Assembly (NCBI GenBank): GCA_951406725.2
Contig: OX597832.1
Coordinates: 42,656,001 to 42,720,000, forward strand
Reading direction: 5' to 3'
DNA length: 64,000 bases
DNA from: Octopus vulgaris
Taxonomy: Eukaryota
Shown here: positions 27,143 to 41,237 of the stretch, piece by piece
Numbering within the stretch: position 1 is the stretch's first letter
Layout: every line of letters starts with the position of its first letter
Program-made: the position numbers and the translations under genes
The notes under the pieces: generated by a model
Told to the model about the DNA's origin: nothing
The model's database searches: none
What the model saw: only the letters and a program-made list of their open reading frames with translations

Positions 27143-27621
27143 TCACCACCACCACTACAACCACCACCACCACCACCACTATCATAATTATCGAGATAAT
27201 CATCGTTATCATCCTCGTCGACGTCGTCGTAGACATCATCATAATCATCATTATCATCAACATCATCATCAATTTCATCAATGTTATAGTTATCACCATC
27301 ATCACCATCATCACCATCATCATCATCATCGTCATCATCGTCATCATCATCATCATCATCATTATCCTCATCCTCATCATCTTCAGCAGCACCACCACCT
27401 GCACCAGCACCATCACCACCACAACCACCACCACCACCACCACCACAAACACCACCACCACCACCACCACCACAACCACCACAACCACCACAACCACCAC
27501 CACCACTACCACCACCACCACCACCACCACCACCACCACCACCACCACCAAAACCACAACCACCACCACCACCACCACCACCACCACCACCACCACCACC
27601 ACCACCACCACCACCACTACC
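27143..27621. repeat. (CAT/CAC)n array
   Basis: Directly visible. A similar array lies at 39200-39600. Confidence 0.95.
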
Positions 27622-27653
27622 AAATTGAAACCAATATTAGTTGAGTGTGAAAT

Positions 27654-28007
27654 GCGACGAGCTGGCAGAAACGTTAGCACGCCGGGCGAATTGCTTTGTG
27701 GTATTTCGTCTGCTGCTATGTTCTGAGTTCAAATTCCGTCAAATTAAGTAGCAGTTACGCACTGGGTTCGATGTAATCGACTTAATCCCTTTGTCTCTCC
27801 TTGTTTGTCGTCTCTGTGTTTAGCCCCTTGAGGGTAGTAAAGAAATAGACATTTCGTCCGTCTTCACGTTCTGAGTTCAAATTCCACCATGGTCGATTTT
27901 ACCTTTTATCCTTTCAGGGTCGATATGAATACCAGTTGAGTACTGGAGTCGATATAATCAACTTACTCCTTCCTCGAAAATTGCTGGCTTCGTTCCAAAA
28001 TTTGAAA
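27654..28007 (+). mobile_element. SINE family B dimer
   Basis: Head unit, junction aaagaaatagacatttcg at about 27839, then a second headless unit. Confidence 0.8.
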
Positions 28008-28029
28008 GTCAGCGAGCAGACAGAATCGA

Positions 28030-28080
28030 GCCAACCAAAACCTGAAGTGAATTTGGAAGACGGAAACTAAAAGAAGCCCG

Positions 28081-28177
<97 letters not shown>

Positions 28178-28392
28178 TGTTTGCATTTGTGACTCTCCCC
28201 CGCCACTTCTTGACAACTGGTGTCGGCGTGTTTACATCCCCGTAACTTAGTGGTTCAGCAAAAAAAGACCGATAGAATAAGCACTAAGCTTAACATAAAG
28301 TAAGTAACTGTGTCGATTCATTCGACTGAAAAAATTCTTCAAAGCGGCGCCCCCAGCATGGCGGCAGTCTGATTACTGAAACCAGTAAAAGA
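28030..28392 (+). mobile_element. SINE family A, 5'-truncated
   Basis: gacggaaactaaaagaagcccgtc-(TA)n(TG)n-...ccccagcatggcggcagtc. Confidence 0.8.
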
Positions 28393-28754
28393 TTAACACC
28401 GACGTGGTTAATCCTTCTTATTGGTCCTCGACTAAGCGCCGGTTTCGCGGTTGTCAGAAGAACTTGAATACCAGAATTAATGTAATTAAAAGTATTTTGT
28501 TTCAACTTCTACAGTTGAAATCCCACTGCAGCAGTCTGTGCTATATTTATAACTAATATATCCAATGGAGCCATAAATAGCAATTCTATTATTGACTTTA
28601 AAATACCTTTGGGATTGTCTGCGAAACTTTTTCTTAAAAAAAAATTTTGATGTTGGTTTTAAGAGTACCAGTAATATCCTAGTGTGGGGACGACTTACAG
28701 AGTTCCTCTTATTGCCATAGCTATAACTGCCACTCCAATGGTTACAGAAATTCG

Positions 28755-28979
28755 AGTTGGCAGAAACGTTAGCACGCCAGGCGAAATGAGTAGCCGTATT
28801 TCGTCCACCGTTCGTTCTGAGTTCCAATTCCACCGAGGTCGACTTTGCCTTTTATCTTTTCGGGGTCGATTAAATTAAATACCAGTTACGCACTGGGGTC
28901 AATATATATCGACTTAATCCGTTTGTCTGTCCTTGTTTGTCCCCTCTGTGTTTAGCCGCTTGTGGGTAGTAAAGAAATA
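28755..28979 (+). mobile_element. SINE family B with 15-bp TSD
   Basis: TSD ggttacagaaattcg at 28740-28754 and 28980-28994. Confidence 0.92.
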
Positions 28980-29091
28980 GGTTACAGAAATTCGTCTTAT
29001 AGCAAATAATTTGTCAGATACATTCGTTCGCTATTTTTCTCCTTTTTAAAAAATCTTAATCCTTTTCGGTGTTATCTTTTATTTTTTATTT

Positions 29092-29350
29092 TTATTTTTA
29101 TTTTTTACGTGTTTCAGTCATTTGACCGCGGCCATGCTGGGGCACCACCTTGAATTTTTCAGTCGAATGAATCGACGCCAGTATATATATTCTTCGTGTT
29201 AGGCGTGGCTGTGTAGGAAGAAGTTTGATTCCCAATCACATGGTTCCGGGTTCAGTCCCACTTGGGAAAGTGTCTTCTGCTATAGCCTCAGGCCGACCAA
29301 ATCATTGTGAGTGGATTTGGTACGCAGAAACTGAAAGGACTCAGTGGTAC
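29092..29350. mobile_element. SINE family A fragments (tail on minus strand, head on plus strand)
   Basis: 29092-29180 is a reversed tail. 29201-29350 is a head, ggcgtggctgtgtaggaagaag. Confidence 0.7.
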
Positions 29351-29357
29351 ATATATA

Positions 29358-29399
<42 letters not shown>

Positions 29400-29624
29400 A
29401 TCTATACTTTGATATCATTCCCCACCCATAAAAGAACCTTGAAATATTCACAAAAATTCACAAAGTATGACACAGTCCTAAATAACGCATCATTTCGAAA
29501 TTTATATATTTATGTTATGACTTGCAGTATTTGTTCTGGCTCTTTACATTCTGAGTTCAAATCGTACAGAGATAAGTATATGAAACAGAGAGATAGAGAT
29601 AGATAGAAAGATAGACAGATAGAC

Positions 29625-29786
<162 letters not shown>

Positions 29787-30585
29787 TAGTAGATAGATAG
29801 ATAAATAGATGGATAGATAAATAGAAAGATAGATAAATAGATAGAAAGTGGGAGAGAGAGAGTGTGTGTGTATATATGTATTTTCTAAGTGATTTTTAGG
29901 CCTGGTAGAAATAATGGTCGTGCTTCCATCAAATTATAGCCCACCATCCTATACAAAGCTCAGCTGGGTCGATAACATAAAGTACTAAGCAAGTAGTAAG
30001 ATCAATATATCCGATTGTTCTATACTCCAACAATTCGATGTCTTGTTCTAGTTTTGGAAATCAATATTTATGAAAAGCGAAAGAAAAATTAAAACGAGCA
30101 AGCAAGTAAGCAGCAGGTGTAATTTACAAGTTGATATTACTTTTACTATTCTGACAATACTTCAATTACTTGTCTGATTATCGATTCTTCAGCAATCGCT
30201 TTGCTATTTATTCCTATCTTACACAAATTTAATACTTCTGTAAAACGACGAAAGTCCAGAAAAGATCAAACAGACAGGATCAATATAGTAAAGCAATTTA
30301 TGAAATATATATATATGTATATATATGGTTTATATTATGAAATTTTAGCAAGAATAAATTCTATATTTGAAATAGATTTGAAAATGTGATAAAGAAAAAA
30401 TTTCTTAAGATCTTCTTATATGGAAAGTAAAGTCTGTCTGGTGTGTAAATTCTTTTTAAATATGGTTCATGAAGAAATGTCACATAGTTTACAAGAGATA
30501 CAACTTAGTTCAAAAGTTGAAATGCAAACTTGACTTTTGAGTCAATATTTAGTTTGATTGTCTGACATTTCAAAAATATATGTAT

Positions 30586-30646
<61 letters not shown>

Positions 30647-30770
30647 TAAATATATATATATATAGGTTCATGTTTATATATAAAGAAGATATATACGTAT
30701 ACGTTTATGTTTTTATCTTTTGCAAACAACTTGCACATGTATTTATATCTATATATAGAGAGAGGTTTAC

Positions 30771-30811
<41 letters not shown>

Positions 30812-31130
30812 TACGCATGCATATCTGTATGTTTGTATGAAAGGATATGTGTGTGGCTTTTGAACGCACAATAGAATGTTCAAGAATATAGATATTTCAG
30901 TCTGTAAACCGAATTATTGAAATGTTCTTTCGCTCCCATTCCTGACAGTCGAAGACGACAGCTACCATCTTGCTGCATTTGGATAATCATCTACTGTTGT
31001 TGCTTTTGTTGTTGTTGTTGTCGCCGTTGTTGCTTAGCTCCATGTTTGTTGCGTTCAAGCTGACTAAATTGTGAAAGGCGTTCCACCGATGACCAACCCA
31101 TCGTAGTATATCTAAGACTACAGTGAACAT

Positions 31131-31550
31131 GTAGGAGTGGCTGTGTGGTAAGTAGCTTGCTTACCAACCACATGGTTCCGGGTTCAGTCCCACTGTGTGG
31201 AACCTTGGGCAAGTGTCTTCTACTATAGCCTTGGGCCGACCAAAGCCTTGTGAGTGGATTTGGTAGACGGAAACTGAAAGAAGCCCGTCGTATATATATA
31301 TATGTATATATATATATGTATATATATGTGTGTGTGTGTTTGTGTGTCTGTTTGTCCATCCCCCCCAACATCGCTTGACAACCGATGCTGGTATGTTTAT
31401 GTCCCCGTTACTTAGCGGTTCGGCAAAAGAGACCGATAGAATAAGTACTAGGCTTACAAAGAATAAGTCCTGGGTTCGATTTGCTAGACTAAAAAGGCGG
31501 TGCTCCGGCATGGCCGCAGTCAAATGACTGAAACAAGTAAAAGAGTAAAA
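31131..31550 (+). mobile_element. SINE family A, near full length
   Basis: High similarity to 2377-2795. Confidence 0.92.
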
Positions 31551-31590
31551 TAGTATGTAGTCTCAGATATGTCAAGATGTCATGCGCTGT

Positions 31591-31880
31591 TTATGACGGC
31601 AGGCTTTGATTTGCATAACGACTTTTAAATTCACTTTCACATAATCCACTATAGCTCTTCTTATCAGTCGTATTATTATTTAGGGTTGCAGTAACTTCTG
31701 CCTCATATATGATAGACTTAGTCGTACATTGTTGGTCAAGTGGACAGGATCCTGGGTCGCGACAGTTGCAACTGGATTCAAGTTCTTGGTGTTTACTACG
31801 TGTAATGATGCTCTTCATATTTGGACAGCAGTTATATGATAATTTCACAGAACGCCTATTAGTAGCGTTTTAATACGCAT
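31591..31880 (-). pseudogene. Penelope-like GIY-YIG endonuclease region fragment
   Basis: KLSYNCCPNMKSII...CNCRDPGSCPLDQQCTTKSIIYEAEV...SYSGLCESEFKSRYAN: Cys-rich linker plus degenerate GIY (IIY) and YIG (YSG) motifs and the catalytic Arg. Confidence 0.85.
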
Positions 31881-31893
31881 ATTGAGACCTTTA

Positions 31894-31934
<41 letters not shown>

Positions 31935-31959
31935 TAATAATAATAATAATGATAATAAT

Positions 31960-31997
<38 letters not shown>

Positions 31998-32305
31998 ATT
32001 TCGGAATGGTCATTTTGCCAGTTTAGCACTATATATTTGGTGTTACTTTGATTCAGTGTTATTTATTTTTTACATTAATCTTAATCTTGTTTCAACACAC
32101 GATTTCACATAAAAAATCTTGCACAACAAATATATATATATCTTTGTATGTGCAGTAATTAGTGAATGACAAAATTATGGAAATTATGTAATCAACCTCA
32201 TAGCTTACAACTCTTTCTGTTACAATGAGTAGAACACTCAGATATGAGTACTTGTGCAACATCCTGTAGCTTCCCCGGAGCCTTATATATATATATATAT
32301 ATATA

Positions 32306-32519
32306 TGAGGGTGAGCTGAAAAGTTCCTGGTTTTGGGTAAAAGAAAATACAGGAGGACCAGTTAATAAAGATTTTATTCAATATATTCTCCTCTCATTCC
32401 CACACATTTTGCAGCGGTCCTTCAGGATTGCTAATCCCTCTAAAAGAATTCGGAAGTTTGGTCCTGTAACCAGAACTTTCGCGGTACCCTTAAAGCCCTG
32501 AACTTTTCAGCATCCCCTG
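32306..32519. mobile_element. Mariner-derived MITE
   Basis: TIRs gagggtgagctgaaaagttcctgg / ccctgaacttttcagcatcccct with TA flanks. Confidence 0.8.
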
Positions 32520-33332
32520 TATATATACATATATATATATATATATGACACATTACGAAATATATATATATATATGACACATTACCAAATGCATTAAGCT
32601 CTCTGATGGATAGTGGAATGCTTATCTGCATGGCCAAATGTGGTTTTTCTTTCAAGTTTATTCCTTCAATGAGAGAAAAAAAAACAAAAAAAAAAAACAA
32701 AAAACAAAACAGCTTAAGAAAACAAATAAATTTTGCCAAAGTGAAATTGCTCCAGTCAAAAAGTAAAAAATATCCTCACAGATTTTGTGGTATGCGATAC
32801 GGTTTCATTTCCGCATCTGTGTCATGAATGTACTCATTTAATATAATCTATGGCTTATTACATTCGGTGAATAATAGCATCTTAAGTAACCGATTTCCGT
32901 AAGGCCGATGGGACTGAAACATGGGCGGAAAAAACACGAGAAAATATTCTTTTATTATGCGAATCAGCAGCTTTTCAGATTTCTTTTCGATACACATTGG
33001 CGAATGATACGCACACGAATATATGTATACAAACTCAAGTACACATGCACTCACAAGTACACACATTCACTCTCTCACAGACACACACACACACATGCAC
33101 GCACGCACGCACGCGCACACATACGCGTATGAATATAGTAAAATCGATAGAAAGTGTACAGTGAACTTGCCGTAAGGAGTGGAAAAATCTAACGTTTCGG
33201 AAAAAGTCCTTCTTTTAGGAAAAGTTGAGAGAGGAAAATAAGTGAGTGACAGCAGAGTTTTACATCCAGAAAAGTACCAATGTAAGCTATGCCGACGCAG
33301 AGCAACACCAGCCTCCTTGGAGTCTGTTCAAC

Positions 33333-33371
<39 letters not shown>

Positions 33372-33372
33372 G

Positions 33373-33404
<32 letters not shown>

Positions 33405-33497
33405 ATGTATACATACATATATATGTACATATATATTATATATATATTATATCTATAAGTGCATATATATATAATATAATATATATGTGTATATATA

Positions 33498-33548
<51 letters not shown>

Positions 33549-33734
33549 CATACATATATATATATCATAATTGTAATAAACGAGCGAAGAAAAAATATAT
33601 AGTTTGTGTGTTTGTTGGGCAAAAAGAAAAAAAATAATAATAAATAAAATGACCATCCCGAAATGCTATAATATTTGTTTCAATACACGATTTCACATCA
33701 GGAATCTTGCAAAACGAATTGATAAACATATAAG

Positions 33735-33774
<40 letters not shown>

Positions 33775-33776
33775 TA

Positions 33777-33831
<55 letters not shown>

Positions 33832-34211
33832 GCACACACACATGTATATATGCACACAAGCATATAGAAGCAGATATCTATATGGATATAAATGCACACA
33901 TTATACACATTATATATACATGTATGTGTATGTGTGTGTATGTGTGTGTATGTACATGTAACTGAATGCGTACGTGTATTTGTGTTTGCGTGTACGTTTA
34001 CACGGATATGATTGCCGTTTGTTACAGACCTGAGGTCGGCTTAACCTAAATTCAACCGCGATATTCTCGGTGGGGATTTATTGAGAGAGCAACGGCGCCA
34101 GCCTCTGACTCAAGTGTAGTCTTACTTCACATAATGCACATACATATTACACATGCAAATACACAGAAACACACGTACACATAGACCAAGAGACACACAC
34201 AAACACATATA

Positions 34212-34425
34212 CAGGCTTACACAAAAGTAGGTTTGCAGTCATTACGTTGGCACTTTAGATTTCTTTTAAAACGTTTTATTACAGTTAAATTTCTATCTTA
34301 CAATTAAGTAAATTAGCAGAGAATAATGGTTTGATACTCTTTTATAATTAAGCTCAAAACTGTTAATATATATGAATGCGAAAGAGATAGTTGAATAACT
34401 TCAAGCCTACATTTGGGCCACCCTA
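34212..34425. mobile_element. Tc1/mariner-type MITE, diverged
   Basis: Imperfect TIRs caggcttacacaaaagtaggtttgcag / cttcaagcctacatttgggccaccct with TA flanks. Confidence 0.5.
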
Positions 34426-34481
34426 TATAAATGTGTGGGTGTTTGAGTGTATATATACACACACACATATATACTATATTT

Positions 34482-34538
<57 letters not shown>

Positions 34539-34541
<3 letters not shown>

Positions 34542-34774
34542 ATTTAAAAGCAGCAGAAATATAACAAAACCTGTTACTCGGAGTTTCACGTTCCCGTTCG
34601 TCGGACAGTTTTGTTAAAATATTTTAAGAAAAATTGTCCGACGAACGGGAACGTGAAACTCCGAGTAACAGGTTTTGTTATATTTCTGCTGCTTTTAAAT
34701 AAAGTATATTACTCTACCTCTGGTATTTGAGTACTCTTTTTTTCCACCTTGTTTCACATTTATGTGCTTACTCC

Positions 34775-34777
<3 letters not shown>
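34539..34777 (+). mobile_element. Family P3 pseudo-LTR with fold-back 5' inversion and two opposed hammerhead motifs
   Basis: 34539-34620 and 34621-34703 form a spacerless near-perfect palindrome. Motif tgt-CCGACGA-ACG-GGAA-CGT-GAAA-CTC-C-GAG-TA-aca at 34635-34670 (+), mirrored at 34571-34608 (-). Confidence 0.75.
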
Positions 34778-34825
<48 letters not shown>

Positions 34826-34852
34826 GTACATATATATATATATATATATATC

Positions 34853-34889
<37 letters not shown>

Positions 34890-35606
34890 GTACATATATA
34901 TGTGTGCGTGTGTTGTACATCTATGTATGTACGTATGTATGCGTGTGAATGTGTACATATGTGTATGTGAGTATGTATGTGATAAATGTTTGTCTTACAT
35001 TGATAAGAAAATAATATTTCAGTATTTATTTGCTGCCTATAGAGATGTTTATGCATGTGCACATATACAAGATGTGTACGTGCCTGTATGCGCATGCATG
35101 CAAGCATGTATGCATGTATGTATGCATGTATGCATGTATTTACGGATGAATGGATGGATGGATGTATGTCGTCTCTTTCCAGGCCCTTTGATCCTTCCTC
35201 CATGCTTTACCGTTTCTCATGACGATGGACTTAGCCTTCAAATTATACCTAATGTGTTACATTGCACACGAGCTCTGTACCTGAACTCAATTATGCCACG
35301 CCGATTTCCTCTTCGTCATTATCTGCTTCTTTTCCCAGAACTTCAACCAATAGTTACTGGAACAAGCAAGGTTATCTCGAAACTCAGTTTTTTTTTTGTT
35401 TTTACCAATTTCATCAGCATCCTCTCTTTGGAGTGGTGTGGTCGTTACACCAAGGATTGTGTCGGGATTGTGATTTTACTATCGGCCTAATTCCTCAAGA
35501 TGGTTATTTAGGAAGTGTGTTACATATCCCAGTGCCACAATATTTACAGGTATGTATGTATGTAAGTATGTATGTATGTATGTATGTATGTATGTATGTA
35601 TGTATG

Positions 35607-35637
<31 letters not shown>

Positions 35638-35666
35638 GTATGTATATATGTATGTATGTATACATG

Positions 35667-35700
<34 letters not shown>

Positions 35701-35877
35701 TGTATGTATGTATGTATGTATGTATGTATGTCATGTTATGGAGAGCCTGTGCATCTATAGGTGAAACTCAGAGTAGTAAGTGGTAAACTCGACGAAAACA
35801 AAAATTCTCTACCATCTCATACACACACATACACACACACACACGCTTACACACACGCACACACACACATATATGTA

Positions 35878-36070
35878 GTTAATTAAAAAAACGGAGAAAA
35901 AGACAAGAAAAGCAACAACGTATGGTCGTAGCATATGCAAAGTATTAATAAGACGCTCAGAGAAGGAAAGGAGTGGTTGTTTTACGTTTCCAGCATAACT
36001 GTTTTTAGGAAACAGGTAACATAGGAAAGTCCAAGAGAAAAGGGAGAAGGAGGGAAAAAATTGCCAACAG
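35878..36070 (-). mobile_element. Family P2 pseudo-LTR, diverged
   Basis: gacgctcagagaaggaaagg...ttttacgtttc...aggaaagtccaagagaaaagggagaagg is similar to 21053-21240. Confidence 0.6.
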
Positions 36071-36108
36071 TCCACGTGTAGTTACATCTTGGAAAAATGG
36101 ATACATGC

Positions 36109-36152
<44 letters not shown>

Positions 36153-36901
36153 CTCACCTTTACCTTCGAAACACGGAGTAGATGAAGCAGAGGCGGCTGA
36201 AAAAGGGGGATTTTCCTTGTGTTGTATGTCCTGTACTCTGTTTTTCCGTTGTTAAAAAAAATGTCCATTTCCTTGGTTTTGTTTTTATGTTTTCGTTTCT
36301 CATTGCGTCCGACGTTTTTTTGGTGTCTTGTACACATATATGCATGTATATATACATATAGATGTAGGTACGTAATATATATATGTATATGTCTTATTTA
36401 TTATTTTATTATTATATATGTTTGCATATAGTAATGTATCTAGCTATCTACCTCTATATCTATGCTTGTATATGGTTGTGTATGTACGTGTGTGTGTACG
36501 TATACACACACACACATATATATGAATAAGAGAGAGAGGGGGAGAGAGAGAGAGAGAGAGACAGAGAGAGAGAGAGAATGAGGTGGGTAGCACGTGTGTG
36601 AGTTATATGGAGGAAGTGAGAGAGAAATGACGTTACGCAATGCCCGATCGGTATTTGGAGAAGGTTCCATAGTTCTATATGTAATTAGTATTCCAGTAGA
36701 ACTCGCGAACAATAACGTTTTAGCAAACTATCACTCGCCTCCTGTTCCCTGAAGACATAACGTTAATGCCAACCAATAAAAACAAAATGTCTTCAGACAA
36801 CATTGAACGGCGGCCATATTTGAGACATAGGCTGTTTCGTGATCGCCTTTGTAGATGATGTGGGAGACAAATAACTGATGTTTTATAGACCGAATATATA
36901 C

Positions 36902-36952
<51 letters not shown>

Positions 36953-37253
36953 ATATATATATATTTGGTGCTATTAAGTTAGACATGGCCTGGGCCAATA
37001 ATGGCCGAAACCTATCAAAGTATCAAAGTATATATATATACATATATATATATGTATATATATATGTATGTATATATACGTATGTATATATATATACTTA
37101 TATATATGTGAATATTATATGCCTATCTATCTACCTATCTATCTATCTAACTAGCTATCTAGCTATACATATGCATATACATATGTACGTATAGATTTTA
37201 TTTTGTGGGTTAATGAAAGTATTTAGGCTTGCCTGTGTGTTTGAGTGTATAAA

Positions 37254-37304
<51 letters not shown>

Positions 37305-37417
37305 CGTACGTGTATTTTCATAAATATTCACGTTTCTCAATTTATAAATATTCATACGTTTCTAGATGTGGCAAACTTACTGTAAAATCCATAGAAACAA
37401 GCCTAATAAATACTGCA

Positions 37418-37488
<71 letters not shown>

Positions 37489-37813
37489 ACACCCACACCC
37501 ACACACACGCATGCACGCATGCACGCACGCACGCATAGTAAATATAGAATGACAGGTATGTACTCCGACATTGCATGTCAGGCGTGTTTACACCTTAATT
37601 GACTAACACAATTTTATCATATCTTCCTTGAATCATCTCTAACCACCCCTCTTTATCTTGTTTGCCATCCTATCGGTGATCTCATATTGCGTGTATTCGG
37701 GGATAGTATTGGTGTGTGGGTGTGTGCTTGTACCCGTGAGTGTGAGTATGTAAGTTTTTTGTATATATGTGTGAGTAGTTAGAGATTTTTGTACATGTAA
37801 ATGGGTGAATATA

Positions 37814-37929
<116 letters not shown>

Positions 37930-37938
37930 TTATTATTA

Positions 37939-38013
<75 letters not shown>

Positions 38014-38057
38014 TTATTATTATTATTATTTTATTATTATTATTATTATCATTATTA

Positions 38058-38174
<117 letters not shown>

Positions 38175-38195
38175 TTATTATTATTACTCACGCGT

Positions 38196-38395
38196 CGAGC
38201 TGGCAGAATCATTAGCACGCCGAGTAAAATTCTTAGCGGCATTTCGTCCGTCTTTACGTTCTGAGTTCAAATTCCGCCGAGGCCGACTTTGCATTTCATC
38301 CTTTCGGGGACGGTAAATTAAGTACCTGTGAAACACTGGGATCGATGTTATCGATTGATCCCCTCCCCCAAAATTTCAGGCGTTGAGGTAAGATT
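38196..38395 (+). mobile_element. SINE family B following an (ATT)n array
   Basis: Head gagctggcagaatcattagcacgcc; (ATT)n at 37814-38186. Confidence 0.85.
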
Positions 38396-38424
38396 TGCAA
38401 CAATTATCATTTTTATTATTTATT

Positions 38425-38870
38425 CTCTTTGTCACAACATTTGTTGGAGCTCCCGGAGTCTTGCATGCGAAGCGGGTTTACTACCTGTAGCCTATGGTAC
38501 CATGCTATACGTACTTTTCAGCTTGCTAGTACTTTCCTGATTATTCTGGCCGTACCAAGGAGGCAAACCTTTTGTAAAAGTTCTATTGGGCACTCTATTC
38601 CAATTTCCTTTATATTCCTCTTGATTCCTTCTGATGCTGTTCCCAAAAACCCAACAATAATTAGCACTATCTTCACCTTTATTGTCCATAGCCGGGCTAT
38701 TTCGTAATTAAGAGGGTTTTAGCTATCTATCTTTTCGCCTTCCTTCTTGATATTCGTGAGTAAAAGGGGCATGCAATATCAACTATGTAGCATATGTGAT
38801 GCACCTTGTCCACCACCACTAGGTCCGGGTTGTTATGCTCTAGTACCCGATCTGCTTAGATTGTTCCATT
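38425..38870 (-). pseudogene. R4/Dong-clade LINE C-terminal fragment
   Basis: Minus strand EIARLWTIKVKIVLIIVGFLG...PIELLQKVCLLGTARIIRKVLAS*, typical of RLE-LINE C-termini. Confidence 0.85.
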
Positions 38871-38874
38871 CTGT

Positions 38875-38932
<58 letters not shown>

Positions 38933-39309
38933 TTCAGCAAAATCTAGATTCAGATGAATATACCGTTATACAATGCTTGCAGTTATATGTTGAGGAGCAA
39001 GCTATATTTAAACGTAATCAGTTATGTATCTAAGCATATGCTTATGGACTTATCTATCAGTGAGTGTACACGTGTGTTATACGCTCGCATATACGCTTAT
39101 CAGCAATTCTGTCAATGATATCAGCTCTAAATGCTACCCCCGTCACCGACACCATCGCTTACACCACTGCTCCTATAACCGCTACCGTCACATTATCATT
39201 TTAGTCGTCGTCGTCGTCGTCGTCATCATCATCGTCATCATCATCATCTTCATCATCGTCATCATCGTCATCATCATCACCACCATCATCACCACCATCA
39301 TCATCATTA

Positions 39310-39355
<46 letters not shown>

Positions 39356-39647
39356 CCATCATCACCACCATCATCACCATCATCATCATCACCATCATCA
39401 CCACCACCATCATCATCATGAATCATCATCATCATCATCATCATCTTCATCATCATCATCATCATCGTCATCATCATCATCATCATCGTGGTCGTCGACG
39501 TCGGCGTTGCCCTCCTCCTTCTCCACGTGTTTATGTTCATCATAATGATCATCGTCATCGTCATTGTTGCTATCGTCGTCAACATCATCATCATTGTTAT
39601 CCTCCTCCCCTTCTTCGTTCTCACCACCAAAACCATCAAAACAGCCA

Positions 39648-39835
39648 CGATTTTTTTCCTCCGTCTTCCCTTCTTTGGATCTTTCCTTCTCCTATGTTTC
39701 TGACGAAGTGCTCCGCTCGAAACGTTAAACCTTCCTTCTTTCCTTCATTTCTGAGCGTCCAATATCACTATTCTTGTACCACGTCCTCGCATCGTTGTAT
39801 TTTCTCTGTCTTTTCATGTTTGGATTAACTATATA
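39648..39835 (+). mobile_element. Family P2 pseudo-LTR with hammerhead motif at 39696-39730
   Basis: gttt-CTGACGAA-GTGC-tcc-GCTC-GAAA-CGTT-aaac: canonical CUGANGA core with one stem II mismatch. Confidence 0.7.
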
Positions 39836-40215
39836 TTGTCGTCACTGCAGAGCCCGTGTAGAGGGAGGAATTGGGGGTAGGAAATGGAGAGTTTTGTGTA
39901 GGTATGGTGGGAGGAGGAGAAGTTAAGGTAGGAGTGTGAGCCAGTGTTTTTGTTGTGGATGGAGGTAGTGAGAGTGGAGGGGTGTATGCTGACAGAAATG
40001 TCGAGAAATTTGACAGAAGAGTTAGAGATATTGCGGGAGAATTCGAGGGCAGGATGGAAGGATTGGGCAATGGAGAGGAAGGTTTCCAGTTGTTTGCGGG
40101 AGAGTAAAATCGCGCCGATAGAGTCATCGATATAACGACCGTATAGCTCGGGAGTGGGACCAGTGAATTGTAAGAATATTTGGGCCTCAACGTAGCCAAC
40201 GAAGAGGTTCGCATA
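39829..40215 (-). pseudogene. Penelope-like (Neptune-type) reverse transcriptase fragment, ~128 open codons, not in the ORF track
   Basis: YANLFVGYVEAQIFLQFTGPTPELYGRYIDDSIGA...FHPALEFS...VKFLDISV...HSYLNFSSSH...SISYPQF: YIDD catalytic motif plus Penelope thumb motifs. Confidence 0.9.
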
Positions 40216-40607
40216 TTTGGGGGCTCATTTTCATTCCCTAAGGCACATATTATATGCCCTAAATTTACCCTACGTTTCCTAATCTCTGATGTGTCATGCG
40301 ATAATTATTTAGACGCACCACAACAAATGAATGTTATGCAAATGAGTCGCGCCATTAGAGCTATCTTAGATTGTGTGTGGTTTAAATTGTAATTTATTAT
40401 AAATTCTTTTCGTTGGCAGAGGAGTAAGGAATATTTTTTCTCCTGGTGAATCGTCAACGAACCGTGAAACATAATAGGTATTTGCTTAAGCAATTATAGG
40501 TTAAATGTATACACACACATATATGCACACATACATACCTGCATACATATACGTACATACATATATATATGCACACGTGTGTCTGTCTGTCTGTCTGCAT
40601 GTATGTT

Positions 40608-40643
<36 letters not shown>

Positions 40644-40646
<3 letters not shown>

Positions 40647-40866
40647 CTTTATTGCCCACAAGTGGCTAAACATAGAAGGGACAAACAGAGACAGACAAAA
40701 GGATTAAGTCGATTACATCGACCCCAGTGCGTAACTGGTTCTTTATTTATCGACCCCGAAAGGATGAAAGGCAAAGTCGACCTCGGCGGAATTTGAACTC
40801 AGAGCATAACGGCAGACGAAATATCGCTAAGCATTTCGCCCGGCGTGCTAACGTTTCTGCCAGCTC
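40644..40866 (-). mobile_element. SINE family B
   Basis: High similarity to 11925-12159. Confidence 0.9.
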
Positions 40867-41030
40867 AGGCGCAATCGTGGCTTTGTGGTAAGAAGTATGC
40901 TTCCAAATCACACGACTCTTTCCCCATATGTCTGCTGAACGACACGAAAATCAACTGAACTAGTTTCAAGTAATCATTGCCAACTCATCAGGAGCATTCA
41001 CTTCAATTTTCCAACAGGGAGAGATAGAGT

Positions 41031-41062
<32 letters not shown>

Positions 41063-41237
41063 AAGAGGGAAAGAGAAAGAGTGAGAAAAAGAGGGAGAGA
41101 GAGGGAGATTAAATTATTACTACGTAACTGCGTAAGAAAAAATGTCCTGAACAACAGGTACTGTCTCTGCTTATTTGCATATCTTCCCGTCCTTTACAGA
41201 ACCTGTGCAAGTACGGCCTGTCGGCTAATGCGTGACT

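Noticed and set aside
27090-27644. His-rich ORF resembling cephalopod beak histidine-rich proteins
   Set aside because: Pure (CAT/CAC)n with no signal peptide and no GHG-type repeats.
35180-35550. Possible further R4/Dong remnants (also 58240-58790) and PLE remnants (18000-18500, 30330-30520)
   Set aside because: Too degraded to call by eye.
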